NCBI GenBank assembly: GCA_951406725.2
Contig: OX597814.1
Location: forward strand, 76,446,001-76,510,000
Direction of reading: 5' to 3'
DNA length: 64,000 nucleotides
DNA from: Octopus vulgaris
Lineage: Eukaryota
The translations under genes were made by a program, and so were the position numbers. Below, one piece after another: positions 12,841-26,689 of this stretch (positions are counted from its first letter, which is position 1; every line of letters starts with the position of its first letter). The notes beneath the pieces were generated by a model. It did no database searches, was not told the origin of the DNA, and saw nothing but the letters and a program-made list of their open reading frames with translations.

Positions 12841-12944
12841 ATGGAGGATTCATATGCTTCAGAAATTGAAAGAAAAGAGCTTCTACAAAAAAAGCACTAT
12901 TTCTTTCTTAATGAATTACAACAAATGGCTAGAGAGTTACCGAG
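12841..12944 (+). CDS. DGCR6: DGCR6 / gonadal protein gdl homolog, coding exon 1
   Basis: GCCATGG start context; MEDSYASEIERKELLQKKHYFFLNELQQMARELP; donor AG|GTAAGA at 12945 (phase 2); likely acceptor TTTAG at 12799 for a 5' UTR portion. Confidence 0.88.
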
Positions 12945-14638
12945 GTAAGAATCAGTAAAATTCCAAATAAACTTATGACTTGTTTTGGGTAATAATTTAA
13001 ACAAAAAGATAGTGCAAAAATTAGCTTTGAAAATCATTTTTGTTTTTCATTCTTAATCTGATAACTTATTCTGTTGGTCTGATTTGCTGAGCTATCAAGT
13101 TACAGGGACGTAAACAAACCAACATTGGTTGTCAAGCAGTGGTAGGGGAAAAATACAAGGACACACTCACACACACAACATGGCTTCTTTCAGTTTCCAG
13201 CTACTAAATCCACTCACAAGGCCTTGGCTGGCTCGGGGCTGTAGTAGAAAACTCTTGTCCAAAGTGCCATGCAGTGGAACTGAACCTGAGACCATATGGC
13301 TCAGAAGCAGACTTCTTATCACACAGCCACACTTGAAATCTAATCTCACCCAGATGAGATATTTTTTTAATTGATGAATTAAAGAAAAAATAATCCAATG
13401 AATTACATATCTTTTTCAAAAGAAAAACTTGGGTTTGTTGTGTCTGTAGAGGGTCATTAGGCCAATATTAATAACATGCACTAGTTCAGTTCCACTCCTT
13501 TATTATAAATCAATTGGTTAAATATCTATCTAACTAATCAATTGTTTGTTTAATTTGTTGGTTAAACTGTCAATCATTTGTTTTCTTTTTTATTTGTCAA
13601 AGTTCTTTCAACAAATTCCCATAAAGAATCTTGCAAACCAAATACAAAAATTTGGATTTGTGTTTCATTAAAATACTTGTAAAGAACAAAGAGAATAGAG
13701 CTTGATAAATGTCTTTGAATAAATCTGTTTGTATTTTGAGGCTTTAAAAATAATCATTTTCAGTCTCAAGTGAAATTGTGAATTTTAATAGCTTTATCCA
13801 AATTGATTTTTAATCTGAATTTCAGTCTCTTCCAAATTAATTTTCTGAAGGATTCACTGATATTTTCATCATCTTTATGCACCATCTATTAATTGTTAAG
13901 CATTTTCAGTGTGTAAACATTTTATGGAGAAAGCAGTTATAGTTTCTGTTCTTTAATTATTTTACTGGTTTCAATCATTAGACAGCAGCCATGCATCACT
14001 GCTATAAATTGGATTACATGCCCACCACCACCCACCTAGTACTTTGTCTAGCTCTTATTTTATCAATCCTTAGCAAATTGTGCACTTTTGCAAGCATTAA
14101 AGTCAAGTCTCTGGTATGAGAATAACACACACACACGCATACACACACACTTTTCTGAGGCTTTGAAAAGTGTCATGGGTGCTGCCCTTCCACATTTGAC
14201 TAAGAATGTAAAATAAAAATCAAATGCCCAATACCCCCACTGGCTCTGCACCCTCCTCCACCACTATATGTATATATATATATCCCCTCTATCCACCTTT
14301 TCTCCACCTGAGGCAGCCATGTTTCCCCTCTAATACAAAATTCCTTTTTTCTATCCCTCAGTACTACTCTCCACACCATATGAGGGACCTCTTATCTTGT
14401 GACTTCACTGCTGCTAATGCTATATAAAAAGCACCCAGTACAGACTGTAAAGTGGTAGTTGGCATGAGAAAGGGCATCTAGTCATAGGAATCATGCCAAA
14501 GCAGGCAGTGGGGACTGATGCAGTCTTCTGATTTGCTGACTTGCCAGTTCCTGTAGAACCATCCATGTCAACATGGAAGATGGATGTTCAATGATGACAA
14601 CAGTAACAATGATTAATATATATATATATATATATATA

Positions 14639-15457
14639 CTAGCATTAAAGACCCGTCGTTGCCGGGTCATAGTGCTAGTGCATGTATATATGTGTACATA
14701 TTACATGTACATCTATATATATATACATCTACACATAAAATACAAAATACAAAGTTATATCTTGTTATATCTCTAGTGATAACAATACTCAAAATATATA
14801 ACAGACTGGAATTGTAGGCCTGTCTCTTGTAATTTCGATCAATTGTATCTTGTCCTCCCTCTTGTATAGAAGTGTGGCTACAATCCACCCTACCTCTACT
14901 TCGGGGGTGGGGGGGCATGTGTTAAAATCTTCTTTTTTCTCTACATTGTATACTTTATAGACAATAGTCTTTTCTTTAATTTAATTTTTTATTATCCATC
15001 TGGACTATTCCATTTCTGCACGCTAATTTTATTTTTAATTTATTCCCATTCATGTGAAACCACTTATTCAAGTTCAGATCATTGATGCAGTTTTATACCA
15101 ATTTAACTTTTGTTATGTTACGATTATATTATACTTTAGTTTGATTTTAATTATTACTTACTACATATAATTCAATTGTTATTATTATTTTTATTGTTAA
15201 AGTGAAAGTATCTGACATAAAATAGAGAAACGTTTTTGTTTCACTTTTAACATGTAATACTGAAATAGTGGAGAAGATATGATATTGCTATGGGCTCGCC
15301 CTAGGCAAAAAGTTCAAAATTTTTTTTGCCGACAACACTCCCCAGACCCTAAGTAAGGCATGTGTAAAGTTTGAATGAAATTGGTTCTCAAGTTTTAGGG
15401 AAACACACAGACAGACAGACACACACGCACACATTCTCAGTTTTATATATATAAAGA
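14639..15457 (-). mobile_element. Non-autonomous Helitron
   Basis: On minus: 5' TCTTTATATATATAAAACTGAG; 3' hairpin GACCCG-GCAACGA-CGGGTC then TTTAATG-CTAG; inserted at A^T within (TA)n. Confidence 0.75.
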
Positions 15458-15467
15458 TATATATATA

Positions 15468-16470
15468 TCATCATCATCATCATTTAATGTCCGCTTTCCA
15501 TGCTAGCATGGGTTGGATGATTTGACTGAGGATTGGTGAACCAGATGGCTGCACCAGGCCCCAATCTGATCTGGCAGAGTTTCTGCAGCTGGATGCCCTT
15601 CCTAAAGCCAACCACTCTGAGAGTGTAGTGGGTGCTTTTATGTGCAACCGGTGCGAGGGCCAGTCAGGTGGTACTGGCAATGGCCACGCTCAAATGGTGT
15701 TTTTTAGATGCCACCTGCACAGGAGCCAGTCCAGCGGCACTGGCAACAACCTCGCTCGAATGTTTTTCACGTGCCACCAGCACAAGTGCCAGTAAGGTGA
15801 CGCTGCTAACGATCATGCTCGAATGGTGCTTTTTATGTGCTACTGGCATGGAAGCCAGTTTGCTGCCCTGGCAACAATCATGCTCAGATGGTGCTCTTAG
15901 CGCTCCACTAGCACGGATGCCACTCATCGAATTTGATTTCGATTTCAATTTCACTTGCCTCAGCAGGTCTTCGCAAGCAGAGTTTAGTGTCCAATTAAGG
16001 AAAGGTACGCATAAGTGGGCTGGTTACACTCTTGGCATAGGCCATGAGGTTATGGTCTCACTTGGTTTGCCAGGCCTTTTCAAGCACAACATATTTCCAA
16101 AGGTCCCGGTCACTAGTCATTGCCTTGGGGAGGCCTAATGTTGGGAGGACATGCTTCACCACCTCATCCCAGGTCTTCCTGGATCTACCTCTTCCACAGG
16201 TTCCCTCAACCGCTAGGGCGTGGCACTTTTTCACACAGCTATCCTCATCCATTCTTGCCACATGACCATACCTGCACAGTTGTCTCTCTTGCACACCACA
16301 TATGATGCTTCTTAGGTCCAACCTTTCTCTCAAGGCACTAACACTCTGTTGAGTATGCACACTGACATTACACATCCATTGGAGCATACTGGCTTCATTC
16401 CTTGTGAGCTTACGTATGCCCTCAGCAGTCAAGGCCCATGTTTCACTGCCATGTAGCATGGCTGTTCATA
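15468..16470 (-). mobile_element. RTE LINE 3' portion (same family as 427-2468)
   Basis: ORF 16058-16459 MLHGSETWALT...YGHVARMDED...GRGRSRKTWDEVV; 3' UTR and (CAT)n tail. Confidence 0.9.
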
Positions 16471-16715
16471 TATATATATATAGGTATGTTGATGCAAACA
16501 GGAAAGATAGAACTCAAATATATGAGCATATGTATATTTTTTATTAATATTTAGCAGGAGTAATAGAGTGACTCAAGGTCTGAAAGTACCAATGCATGAA
16601 ACTCTCTGACTTTGAGTCATTCTGTTACTTCTGCTTAATATCAATTTACACATAAGCAAATTTTATGTTGGTTAACGTCACGAACATATTTTAACTAACC
16701 CAAATTGTGTGTGTG

Positions 16716-16795
<80 letters not shown>

Positions 16796-18048
16796 CATAT
16801 TACTTGTTTCAATCATTGAACTGCAACCATGCTGGAGCAGTGCATGGAAGAGTTTAGTTGATCAAATTGACTGCAATAATTATTTTAAATTTGACACTCA
16901 TTCTATTGGTTTCTTTTTGTCAAACCATTAACTTATGGGGAGCATACACAAAGCAACATTAGTTGTCAAACACTGAGAAACAAACAAGACAGGCTATCAT
17001 ATTCATTCACATATTCATTCTCCTTCACTCATGGTTTGATTGACCCAAGACTATGTCAGGAGACATTTACCCCCCTCCCCTCCCACTATGGTAGAATCAA
17101 ACCCAGAATCATGTGATTTCTAAAGGTACATCTTAACTACGTTCTCACACTTGGGGCCCATGTACATTTTATTTTGTTTTTTGCATTTTTAGACGTGGTG
17201 ATCGAGATAGAAATAGGTAGAATAAAATATGTAAAGAAAATAAATAAGTAGGTTAGTTGAAAGGATAGCAGGATAGTTAAAATGTAATGGTTGTTGACCC
17301 TGAATGATTTAGACAAAATTAACTTCAGCAGCACTTAACTGACAGGCTTGGTTGAGTAATATGAGACCAAATATTTAATCCCCCTCTCAACATTTCCTGG
17401 GTACAAACTTAATGAAGTGGATTTGTTTTTTATACATTTGTGTATTATTTATCATTCTTTTTTTTTTGTGTCATTTAGTTGATACTACTGTTACATTTGT
17501 ATAGGAGGTGTTTATATTCACAGAGACAGTATTAACACCGAGAGGTAATATTTATCCCAACTTTAAGGTAGCGAGCTGGCAAAATCATTAGCCAGCCCGG
17601 CAAAATGCTTAGTGGCATTTTGTCCGTCTTTACATTCTGAATTCAAATTCTGCTGAGGACGACTTTGCCTTTCATTGTTTCTGAACTTAGTGTCCTTGTG
17701 CCAAAATTTTAAACCAAAATTTATCCCCATTTAAATGTGGCTGTTCTGTTAGAACAAACCATACTGCGGTAGATACCTTGAGAGAAACTCTCATATTGGC
17801 TTTTGTGTTTTTTTTCATAGGTTTTATTTCTTTCATGTCTCTGTAAACTACTTCGGTGAATTATTTGAAATTGATTGCAGTTTATTTGGTTATATTTCAT
17901 ATTTGTTGCTGTTCTAACTATTCTAAAATGCGGAGATGGTCATGACTGGAATGTTTTCATCGTAGCTCTAAAGATCAGTAATTTCTGGGTTTTTTAATGG
18001 ATCACTTTTAATTGTTTTTATATTTACTTTTGCTTTACATATATTTTA

Positions 18049-19302
18049 TTGGGTTAGCAAGAAAGTAACTTCCTTTTTCACAAATAGATAGAGTTACGAT
18101 GTTTTTGAATGACTTTTGTCAATGTTATGATTTTTTCCTTTTGACATTTGATAGCCATTGCTTTTAGCTTACCTTAGAAACAAATTGCATGTAATTTTGT
18201 TTACAGCTGTTAATTCAGTGTCAATTTTAACAAAAGCGAACATTTTCCCTGTATTTTACTTTTTTATTTCTGTAAAAGCAAGACAACTGCTGAGGCCACA
18301 AAGAAATATGTGAAGTTTACGGTGTTGACTGCTTAACAGAACGCATATGTCAGAAATGGTTTAAAAAATTCCATTCTGGAGATTATTCACTCAAAGACAA
18401 CCCATGTTCTGGTTGACCTACTGAAGTTGATGATGACCGAATCAAAGCGATCATTGAATCTGATTGTCATGTAACTGTGCGAGAGGTTTCAGAGAGGTTA
18501 AATGCATCATGCACAACAATTGAAAATCATTTAAAATGATATTTGGATTCCACATAAATTGAAAGAAATTCACTTAACACAACAAATTAATATTTGTGAT
18601 ATGCATCTCAAATGCAATGAAATTTACTTTTTTATAAAACAAATCATCACTGGTGATAGAAAATGGGTTGTCTACAGTAATATCAATTGAAAACAATCAT
18701 GGTCCAAGAGTAATGAACCATCACAAACCACACCTAAAGCTGAATTGCATGAAAAAAAAAGGTGATGCTGTCCATTTGGTGGAATTACAAAGGTGTTGTG
18801 TATTTTGAGCTGCTTCCAAGCAACCAAATGATCAATTCAGATCTTTACTGTCAGCAACTAATGAAACTGGAGGAAACAATCAAAGAAAAATGGCGAGAAT
18901 TGGCAAATCATAAAGAAATTATGTTTTACCATGACGACACTAGACCACACATGACTTTGCTAACTCGTGAAAAATTATTGGAGGCTTTGTTGGGAAGTGA
19001 TGTCATGTCCACCCTATAGCCCTTACCCTGCACCATCAGATTACTATTTATTTTGCAGTTTGCAAAATTCTTTGAATGGTAAAACTCTCAATAATGATGA
19101 TTACTTGAAATTGCACTGCTTCAGTTTTTGGCTGATAAGGGCCAGAAGTTCTATGAGCATGGAATCATGAAATTGCCAGAAAGATGGCAAAAGGTCATTG
19201 AACAAAATGGAAAATATATAATTGATTAAAGTTCATTCTTTGTATGAAAAAAATGACTTTATTTCACACTAAAAAACTGAAATTACTTTCTTGCCAACTC
19301 AA
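18049..19302 (+). mobile_element. Full-length degenerate mariner (DD34D) transposon
   Basis: TIRs TTGGGTTAGCAAGAAAGTAA / TTACTTTCTTGCCAACTCAA with TA flanks; transposase remnants ITGDRKW, MLSIWWNYKGVVYFELL, HDDTRPH, PPYSPYPAPSDYYLF. Confidence 0.92.
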
Positions 19303-19312
19303 TATATCTTAA

Positions 19313-19532
19313 TCCTTTAGCACTCATATTACTCAGTCAAGTGTAACACTTATTTTCTAATATTGTTTTAAATTAATCATGCATTATCTCATAGCTTTGA
19401 GATTTCAATGATATTAATGTGTATTTTTAGAATGACATTGTTGGGTAGGTGTGAGAAGCCACATCTGGCCTTTATGAAGATAAGACAGATAGAATATTTA
19501 GGCCAGATATGGCTGGTTTAAATGCTAAAAGG
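19313..19532. mobile_element. TTAA-flanked piggyBac-type MITE (also 20972-21521, ~44185-44790, 48419-48637)
   Basis: TTAA-(C/T)CCTTTAGCA...TGCTAAA(A/G)GG-TTAA termini with shared internal sequence. The 20972 and 44185 copies carry nested SINEs. Confidence 0.75.
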
Positions 19533-19822
19533 TTAAATATGAAAACATCCCCTCTTATCATCACCCCTCATTTCCCTCACTGGTAATACTTATGTAAAGA
19601 AAAACAAAGTGTGGTGCAAGAGACTATCTAAAAGCAATCAGCTACTCAATTACCCACATCTACAGTAAATTTGTAAGATATTTAAGAAATGTCTGAGGCT
19701 AGCTGAGAACATCTCAGTGAGCTTCTTGTAGGTCACATGCCACTTTTTGCCAATCTTTGGCCTACTCCATTTGTGCTGCCCAAATCTAAAGAACACTATA
19801 ATTAAGTTAGCATTGGCTTGAC

Positions 19823-20250
19823 ATATTTAATGCAGGGAGCTTAAAAGAAAAAAGAGAAGCAAACTGAGATTGAGAGGGGAAAATAAAACAATGTTAGTCA
19901 ATGTTTGATATTATTTTTAATGTGACATCTCAAGACATGTTTTAGTCTTATTCTGATGTCATCAGTGAAGAATAGACTTCACTATACTTGGAAGAATTAC
20001 TTAGTAAATTACAAGATTACAACTGATTGGTGTAGAAGAATAGAGTAGTTTAGAGAATAAATCATTCTGAGATTCAACTTTGCATAAAATCAATTCTTTA
20101 GTGTTAATATATTTAATGCAAGGAGCATTAAAAAGCTAATTAAAAATAAATTTGATATTTGAGAGAAAAAAGAATTAATATTGTGTATTAAGAGCAGGGA
20201 CAATTGTGGATGAGTCTTAGTCTTATTCTGACCTCATCAGGGTAGCATAC
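19823..20250 (-). repeat. Degenerate tandem dimer (~280-bp unit) with a hammerhead-like core in each unit
   Basis: ATATTTAATGCA at 19823 and 20109. Minus strand reads CTGATGA-CATC-AGAATAA-GACT-AAAAC-ATGTC (~19934-19965) and CTGATGA-GGTC-AGAATAA-GACT-AAGAC (~20213-20240). Confidence 0.5.
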
Positions 20251-21173
20251 TTGTGAATGTATCATTATCTTTTATTTGTTCAAAAAATTTGGACAGCAGC
20301 CATGCTGGGGCACTACGTTGAAGGGTTTAGTCAAACAATTTGACTCAAGTATTTATTTTTTTAAGCTTTGTACTTATTCTCTCAATATCTTGCCAAACTG
20401 TTAAGTTATGGGGGATGTAAACAAACCCACACCTTTGCTGGACAGTGATGGGGGACAAACATAAGAACACACACATAAATATGTATATACATCAGGCTTC
20501 TTACAGTTTCCATCTGTCACATCCATTCATAAGGCTTTGGTTGGCCCAGAACTAATAGTTGAAAACATTTGCTCAAGGTTCTTACAGTAGGAATAGTTTC
20601 TTGATTGAACTAGACACTGGAATACTGGCTCATGCATTGTAGTTTCAACTGCCTCTGATTCAGAATAGGAGAGTTAATTATGCATTGCCTCAGTGAATAA
20701 ATGATAGACTTTTCTCATCAAGATATTTGCAATATACTAGTAACCTATCCTGGAGAAGATTATCTTTCAGCCATTTAAAGGTATGAAAAACTGCAGTTGA
20801 CTGTTCATGCTTTTTCTGAAATGTTCACTACTCATGGAATTCCATTGTTGTCCATATTTTATCTTCTACATTGAATCTGTAATAACTAAAATCAAACAAG
20901 TGCACTAACCTCTTCACAAATTAACAAATGAATAAAAAGTGAACATTTATTTTCCTTGTTACTATCTTCAACCTTTTAGCATTTCAACTGGCCATATCCA
21001 GCCCAATTATTCTACCTGCCATATGTTAAAACCAACCACATCATCTGAACACTCACATTATCCTGCAATATCCTTCTAAAAATAAACAGTCACGTCATCC
21101 ACATTTCAAACCTATGAAATAATGCTTGATTAAATTCAGAACAATGTGAATAAATAAGCATTACATTTGACAG

Positions 21174-21500
21174 CGTGAAGGTGTGTGGCTTAGTGGTTAG
21201 GGGATTCGACTCATGATCACAAAGTTGTGAGTTTCAATTCCCAGCGATGCATTGTGTCCTTGAGCAAGATACTTTATTTCATGCTGCTCTAGTCCACTCA
21301 GCTGGCGAAATTGAGTAGTTCCTGTATGTCAAAGAACCAGCTTTGTCACACTCAGTGTCATGCTGAATCTCTCTGAGAACTACATTAAGAGTACATGTGC
21401 CTGTGGAGTGCTCAACTACATACACGTTAATATCATGAGCAGGCTGTTCCGTTGATCAGATGAACTGGAACCGTCATCGTCGTAATCGACGGAGTGCCAG
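21174..21500 (+). mobile_element. tRNA-derived SINE family C (related copies ~40165-40480+, ~42745-43045-)
   Basis: TGGCTTAGTGGTTAG A-box, GTTTCAATTCC B-box-like, GTGTCCTTGAGCAAGA core; nested in a TTAA MITE. Confidence 0.75.
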
Positions 21501-22069
21501 AATAATCTGAATGCCAAAGGGTTAATAACTCTTGTTGCTCTTTCCATTGTTACCACTGTGACTTCTAAATTCTTCTTGTTTCCTTTCCAACAGTATTATC
21601 ACTTTGTGAAGTTTTTTGACTTCATCTTGAATTTTGTGCACAGTACACTTTACTTATTCATGCTATTCCCTCAATCCACACTTTGCTTCTTGTTTTTAGA
21701 TTTGATTTTTCATATTGTTTATAAATAACTTTTGCTTTCATTTATCTTTTGGTGGCAATTGTTTATTTTCCCTAATTCCTTTTTTTACTCTTAGGCTGTC
21801 TAATAGTGATTTTGTCAGTTTTAGTTCTTGTCTGTCATTCTGTATAAGTTGTTCTTTTACTACTGTATAATAATTGTTCATGTAACCCTATGTCAATTTT
21901 ACTCAAAGTGAGAACTGAACCAACTATGATTGTGATTTATTTTATGTTATGTAACTTATTGGTTATAGATTTGCCTGTATGTTTATTAAAAAAAACCTTT
22001 TAAGTAAATGAAAAGTATATATATGAATAAATTGTTTAATCTTATTGCATTCTGCTCCACGCTTTTCAG

Positions 22070-22230
22070 CAAATACCAACAGCGAGTACCATATGATTTG
22101 CTGTCTGGCCTTGCTCATGCTTTGTTAGATGGTACGGTCTTTGAAATTGTCCAAGGCTTATCTGAAGTACAGCATTTGGAAGAGAAGAGTTTATTTAATC
22201 AGCGAGTGAAACAGACAAATGATCATAAAG
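22070..22230 (+). CDS. DGCR6: DGCR6 homolog, coding exon 2
   Basis: Acceptor TTTTCAG at 22069; (S)[45 protein letters not shown] matches the DGCR6 family [14 protein letters not shown] motif; donor G|GTACTG at 22231 (phase 1). Confidence 0.95.
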
Positions 22231-23611
22231 GTACTGTAGCTAATTGTTCTTGTTTTGCATTTTTCTGTGTACCCTTCCACTGTGATCTGGTTCTGTGATA
22301 GCAGATCTTTTCAGCTTAGGATGTTGAAATTTAATTTCTTTAATAATCCTGTTATTGGAATTTCATATGTACACATGTATTTCAGTTTTATGTAAATATT
22401 TGGTAGATTTTTTCCCAAAGTCATCTAAAAACCCAAAACTTGTCACAGCTGACTATCACTGATCTGGTGTTACCCTTTTCATTTGAAAGTTGTTGGAACA
22501 CTGTACCAGATTGTAAAAAATAGGGAGTTTCCACATATGTTGTTCTTTTGCTAAATTTTTATGCTCCTCTATATCAAGGGAAAATTCAATCTGATTCATG
22601 AACCCTGTTTTCATCCCTCTCTGAAAAAATTGAACTGTTATTAGTCCTTGTTATGCCACAACAATAATCCAGATATTCTGCATTCAGTGAGACACAGGCA
22701 GAGAAACTAAGCATGTGTTATTTCTTGCCTACACAATCAGCTGCAATGTCAGGAGTTTGTATCTGTATCCATGTCAAGACATTTAATCTTTTTTGACTAA
22801 GTCCTCATAACTCTAAATTATGTACTGCAAAGTGGCATAATTCATTGTTGTAATTAGTAACATTTTTATAACCATGATTAATTGGCTTGCAATTTTAAAT
22901 TCAGTTCCCTCTGTGATGAAATTAATTCTGTTCAGAATTATTTACCCTTTATCTGCTGAGTTTTAGTGGAGCTAGGTACCATCCTATGGATCCATGTAGT
23001 TCAAAAAAATTATTTTAAGGTGAAAAGTCAGATTGAAGTTGAAGTTTATTATTTCTCTAATGTAGATTCTCTGTTTCTGTTCAGCTGTTAATTAAAATAA
23101 TGACCAAGGAAAATTAGCAGGGATGACATTTCCATGGAAAATAATTAGTCACAATTATAACAAGCAAAGAAACTTCAATTAATCATGACTGTAAGAAGCA
23201 GGAGCAACAACTTTGTATATCAAAAATTCAAATGGGTTGACTGAATGAAAATGTCAGTTAATTGGAAATAGTTATGTAGTGAGGTAAAAAAAAAATGTAA
23301 ATCTGATCATTTCCATATATTTTGATGGCTTTGAACATAGTTTGATCCTATTAGACCTCCTCAATGAGGCACAGTCTTTACTGTGACTGGCTGATCTGTA
23401 AAATAAATTGCAATATCTATACACAGTAATGCAAAATCATAGCTTAATGACAGAGAAACTAACAAGGGATGTAGGTAGATTTTAGGTCTATTGATTCAGT
23501 TTTTTTCTCAATGTTTTTTACTTTAAAGTTATAAATTGGAAGAAGAAAAAAACCCCAATTTTTTGCCAAATAACCACATGCACTATATACTTGTTCTTCA
23601 CTTCAGGTTTA

Positions 23612-24209
23612 TTATTACCTCTACCTTAGCAAAGGCAGAGGTATTGTTTTTAGTTGTGTTTGTTGGTTTGTCCATGGACAAGATATCTAAAGAACCGCTG
23701 GATGGATTCGGATAAAACTTTCAGGGATATTTGGTCTCGTGACTGGCATGAACTGTTTAGATTTGTGGATCAATCTGATACCGGACAAAGATTCTGGATT
23801 ATTTGTTATATTTACTTTACATAAGTATGATTACAATCTTACTTTCAAGTCTTTCTCAATTATCTCCCTTTAGGCTGTAACTATATTGAATGGTGAATTT
23901 GATAATTTTGGCTTGTATTAGATAAGAATAAACTATTTATTACTGTTAATAAATTTTCTACAGCCACCATCACATTCCATAACTACCATTGGGATCAATC
24001 AGGTACTTAACAAGGATTTTGGATTATTTTTCCGTTATTTTTTTTTACTTCATTTTTGAGAGTAGTTGGGTTCATTTTTAGTATTCTCATTTGTGAGAGT
24101 AGTTGAGTTTATTTCAGATATTCTCATTTAAAAAATCATCTCTGTCTAATTGTTGAGAGGATGTTGGTGTTGCCTTGGTGGAGGTTTGTGCTCTCTGGGT
24201 GCCCTTGTT
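23612..24209 (+). mobile_element. Helentron-associated non-autonomous element (DINE-1/HINE-like); second copy 41169-41909 on minus
   Basis: Sub-terminal inverted repeats TTATTACCTCT(G/A)CC..AGGCAGAGGT and CCTTGGTGGAGGT, a 3' short hairpin (GCGCTCTCTGAGTGC in the 41 kb copy), T-rich flanks. Confidence 0.65.
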
Positions 24210-25034
24210 ATTCTTATTTTAGTGTCCTTTGTCTGAAATCTTTTGTCACGCATCCTGTAATCTCTTCAGCAACTCCCCAAATATAACAATATCTGTTTCA
24301 ATATATATCTTCACATCAGGAATCTTGCAAAACAAATACATAAACATAATTGCCTATTCATTTTTCACTAATTGTACATTTGTATAACAGTATTGTGAAT
24401 ATCATGTTTTTCAATAAGCTCAAAATTTAGTGTTGCTTTTCTAATACCTTAGATTCTATTTTTTAAATCTTCAGAGCCCTTGGATACCTCTTGTGATGCA
24501 CTAGTGCATGCCATTTGAAAGCCACTAGTTGACTGAAATTTTCTTTTTCACTGTATTGTGTTACTACTTTATTAAATACTAATTGTGCCATGAATATCAT
24601 TTGTATGAAGCAAGAAGTCCTGTTGTTGTCTCCGACCATATTATATTACTTGGGTTTTGATATACCCTAGTTAGTTGGTGACCCCTTGACCCTGTGTAAA
24701 TTTCTATTGCATCAAATAATTTGTACCTATCCACACATATACACAGATGATGTGATGGAAAAGCTGCAGTAGACAAACAGTGGGATAAAATGTCAAAGCA
24801 AGACTGGTAGGATTTGAACTTGGTCATTAATCAACAAAATTAATTACAGTTCAGCATTTGTGCCATCTTTACAGAGCTGGTAATAATGCCCAATATAATA
24901 GTAATATTAATCATTTCAAATTTTTGCACAAGGCCAGTAAGTTTAGAAGATTTGTTGCTTGATTATATATTTTATGATTTCAATTTGCATATTTTCCAAT
25001 AACTAAGAATTAAAGTTAAAGAAAGTTTCATATA

Positions 25035-25745
25035 CAGGGTGCGGTGAATAAATTGTCGTCTAAACTACTCAAAAATGAAAATAATACTGACATCTCATTT
25101 TAACAGATATATTCACCAAATTACATAAAAATATCTTGAAATACTAAAGAGTAAATTCATTCAATAAAGTCACTATTGGCTTCAACCATGGCTTCCAGAC
25201 GACTTGATAATCTTCTGCAACTCTTCTGGAGAATCTTCCGCAACTCTCCTTGTTTAAGTTGGTGAATGCTGCCATAATCCTTGCCTTCAGTTCATCTTTG
25301 GTGTTACAAAGTGTTTTCTTGGTCTCTCGCTCAATTGTGCCCCACACATAATAATCAAGGGGGTTGCAGTCTGAAGAGTTAGGTGGCCAGATGTTAGGGG
25401 TGATGTGGTTGCAGAAATTGTCTGACAGCCATGTGTGGCATGGTGCAGAGTCCTGTTGCCAGACATAGGGCCTTCCACCCTCTTGACCCAGGGCAGCACT
25501 ACTTCCTCCAGGCACTTGATGTAGGCCTCCCTGTGTTGAGTCACAAATGATCACTTCATACATCATGATGTTGACTAGATGTTTGATTTTTATCACTCTT
25601 GGTACATGTTTTGGGGACACTGCAAGCCAACGGTTGTTCTGTGTGTTCACCATCTGATCCAGGCAGACATTTTTCTTGTCTGAGGAAAACCAAAGCATGT
25701 TTGGTTGGAGGGGATGCTTGTGTTTGTTCAAAAGATTCATAATGT
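25035..25745 (-). mobile_element. Tc1/mariner-superfamily (DD37D maT-like) transposase fragment with one TIR
   Basis: ORF 25144-25740: FSSDKKN...NTQNNRW...WQQDSAPCHT...WPPNSSDCNPLDYYVWG; TA-CAGGGTG terminus at 25033-25041. Confidence 0.85.
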
Positions 25746-26689
25746 GGTCTTATTGAATATATTGGTATAAAACCAACATTTAAACTAAGCAAGCAGGACA
25801 AAAACTTCTGTTGAAAAGCATTTGGTTTGCACTGTAACATTTATAACAACTTTTGATTTTGATGTTCATGTTTGACCTTTTGACAATCTCTGGAGTGAGA
25901 TATAACTAATCTGGGATGCTGGCCATCTAGATGTTATTCATAATGTTCAGACAACTAATTACCTGCTTTTGAGCCAAGTTAATCAAGTCTGTTTGATTTA
26001 GCAGCGACTGGAGGAGTACATACACTCCAAGTATGCATTTACATTTTATCTTGCATCCTGTAGGAAGTTTTTATCCTTTTTGTGAACCTTATGAAGGAGA
26101 TGACAAAGGACTGAAATATATGATGCATTGCTGTACTCGAGAAGACCTACCCATCACAACAGAATTGAGATCCTAAAACTAAGGTGCCACATAAAAGCCA
26201 TTGGTATTGGTGCTGGTGCCATTTAAAAAGCACTGGTGATGGTGCCTGTAGAGTGTGTTGGTGTTTGGAAGGGCATCCAGCCATAGAAGCCAAGCAAAAA
26301 CATTATAGAACCTGGTGTGGACCCTGATCTTGCCAGTTCCTGTCAGCCATCCAACCCATGCCAGCATGGAAAACAGACAGATGTTGTTGATGATGATAAT
26401 GATTGTATGACAAGTGTTCATTTACCAGCATTCTATACTGAAACACCTTATCAAGTGAATTGACTGAAGAAAATTATTTTGAATTTAGTTAATGTTTTCT
26501 GAAGTGATGTACAAAGTGGAGAGAAAAGCAAAATTATCACCAGTGCCAGCATGAAAAACGATAACTAATAATAAATATTTGTTTTCCTTTCTTAATCTTA
26601 AATTAAAATTTCTGTTTATGGTATTACATTTTATTATTTGTAATATTTAATTTACTGAAGAACCTCTGCTTTTGTTTACATTTCCTTAG

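Noticed and set aside
21180-21250. tRNA-like sequence with A/B boxes
   Set aside because: Head of a SINE; the cloverleaf is degenerate and continues into SINE core sequence.
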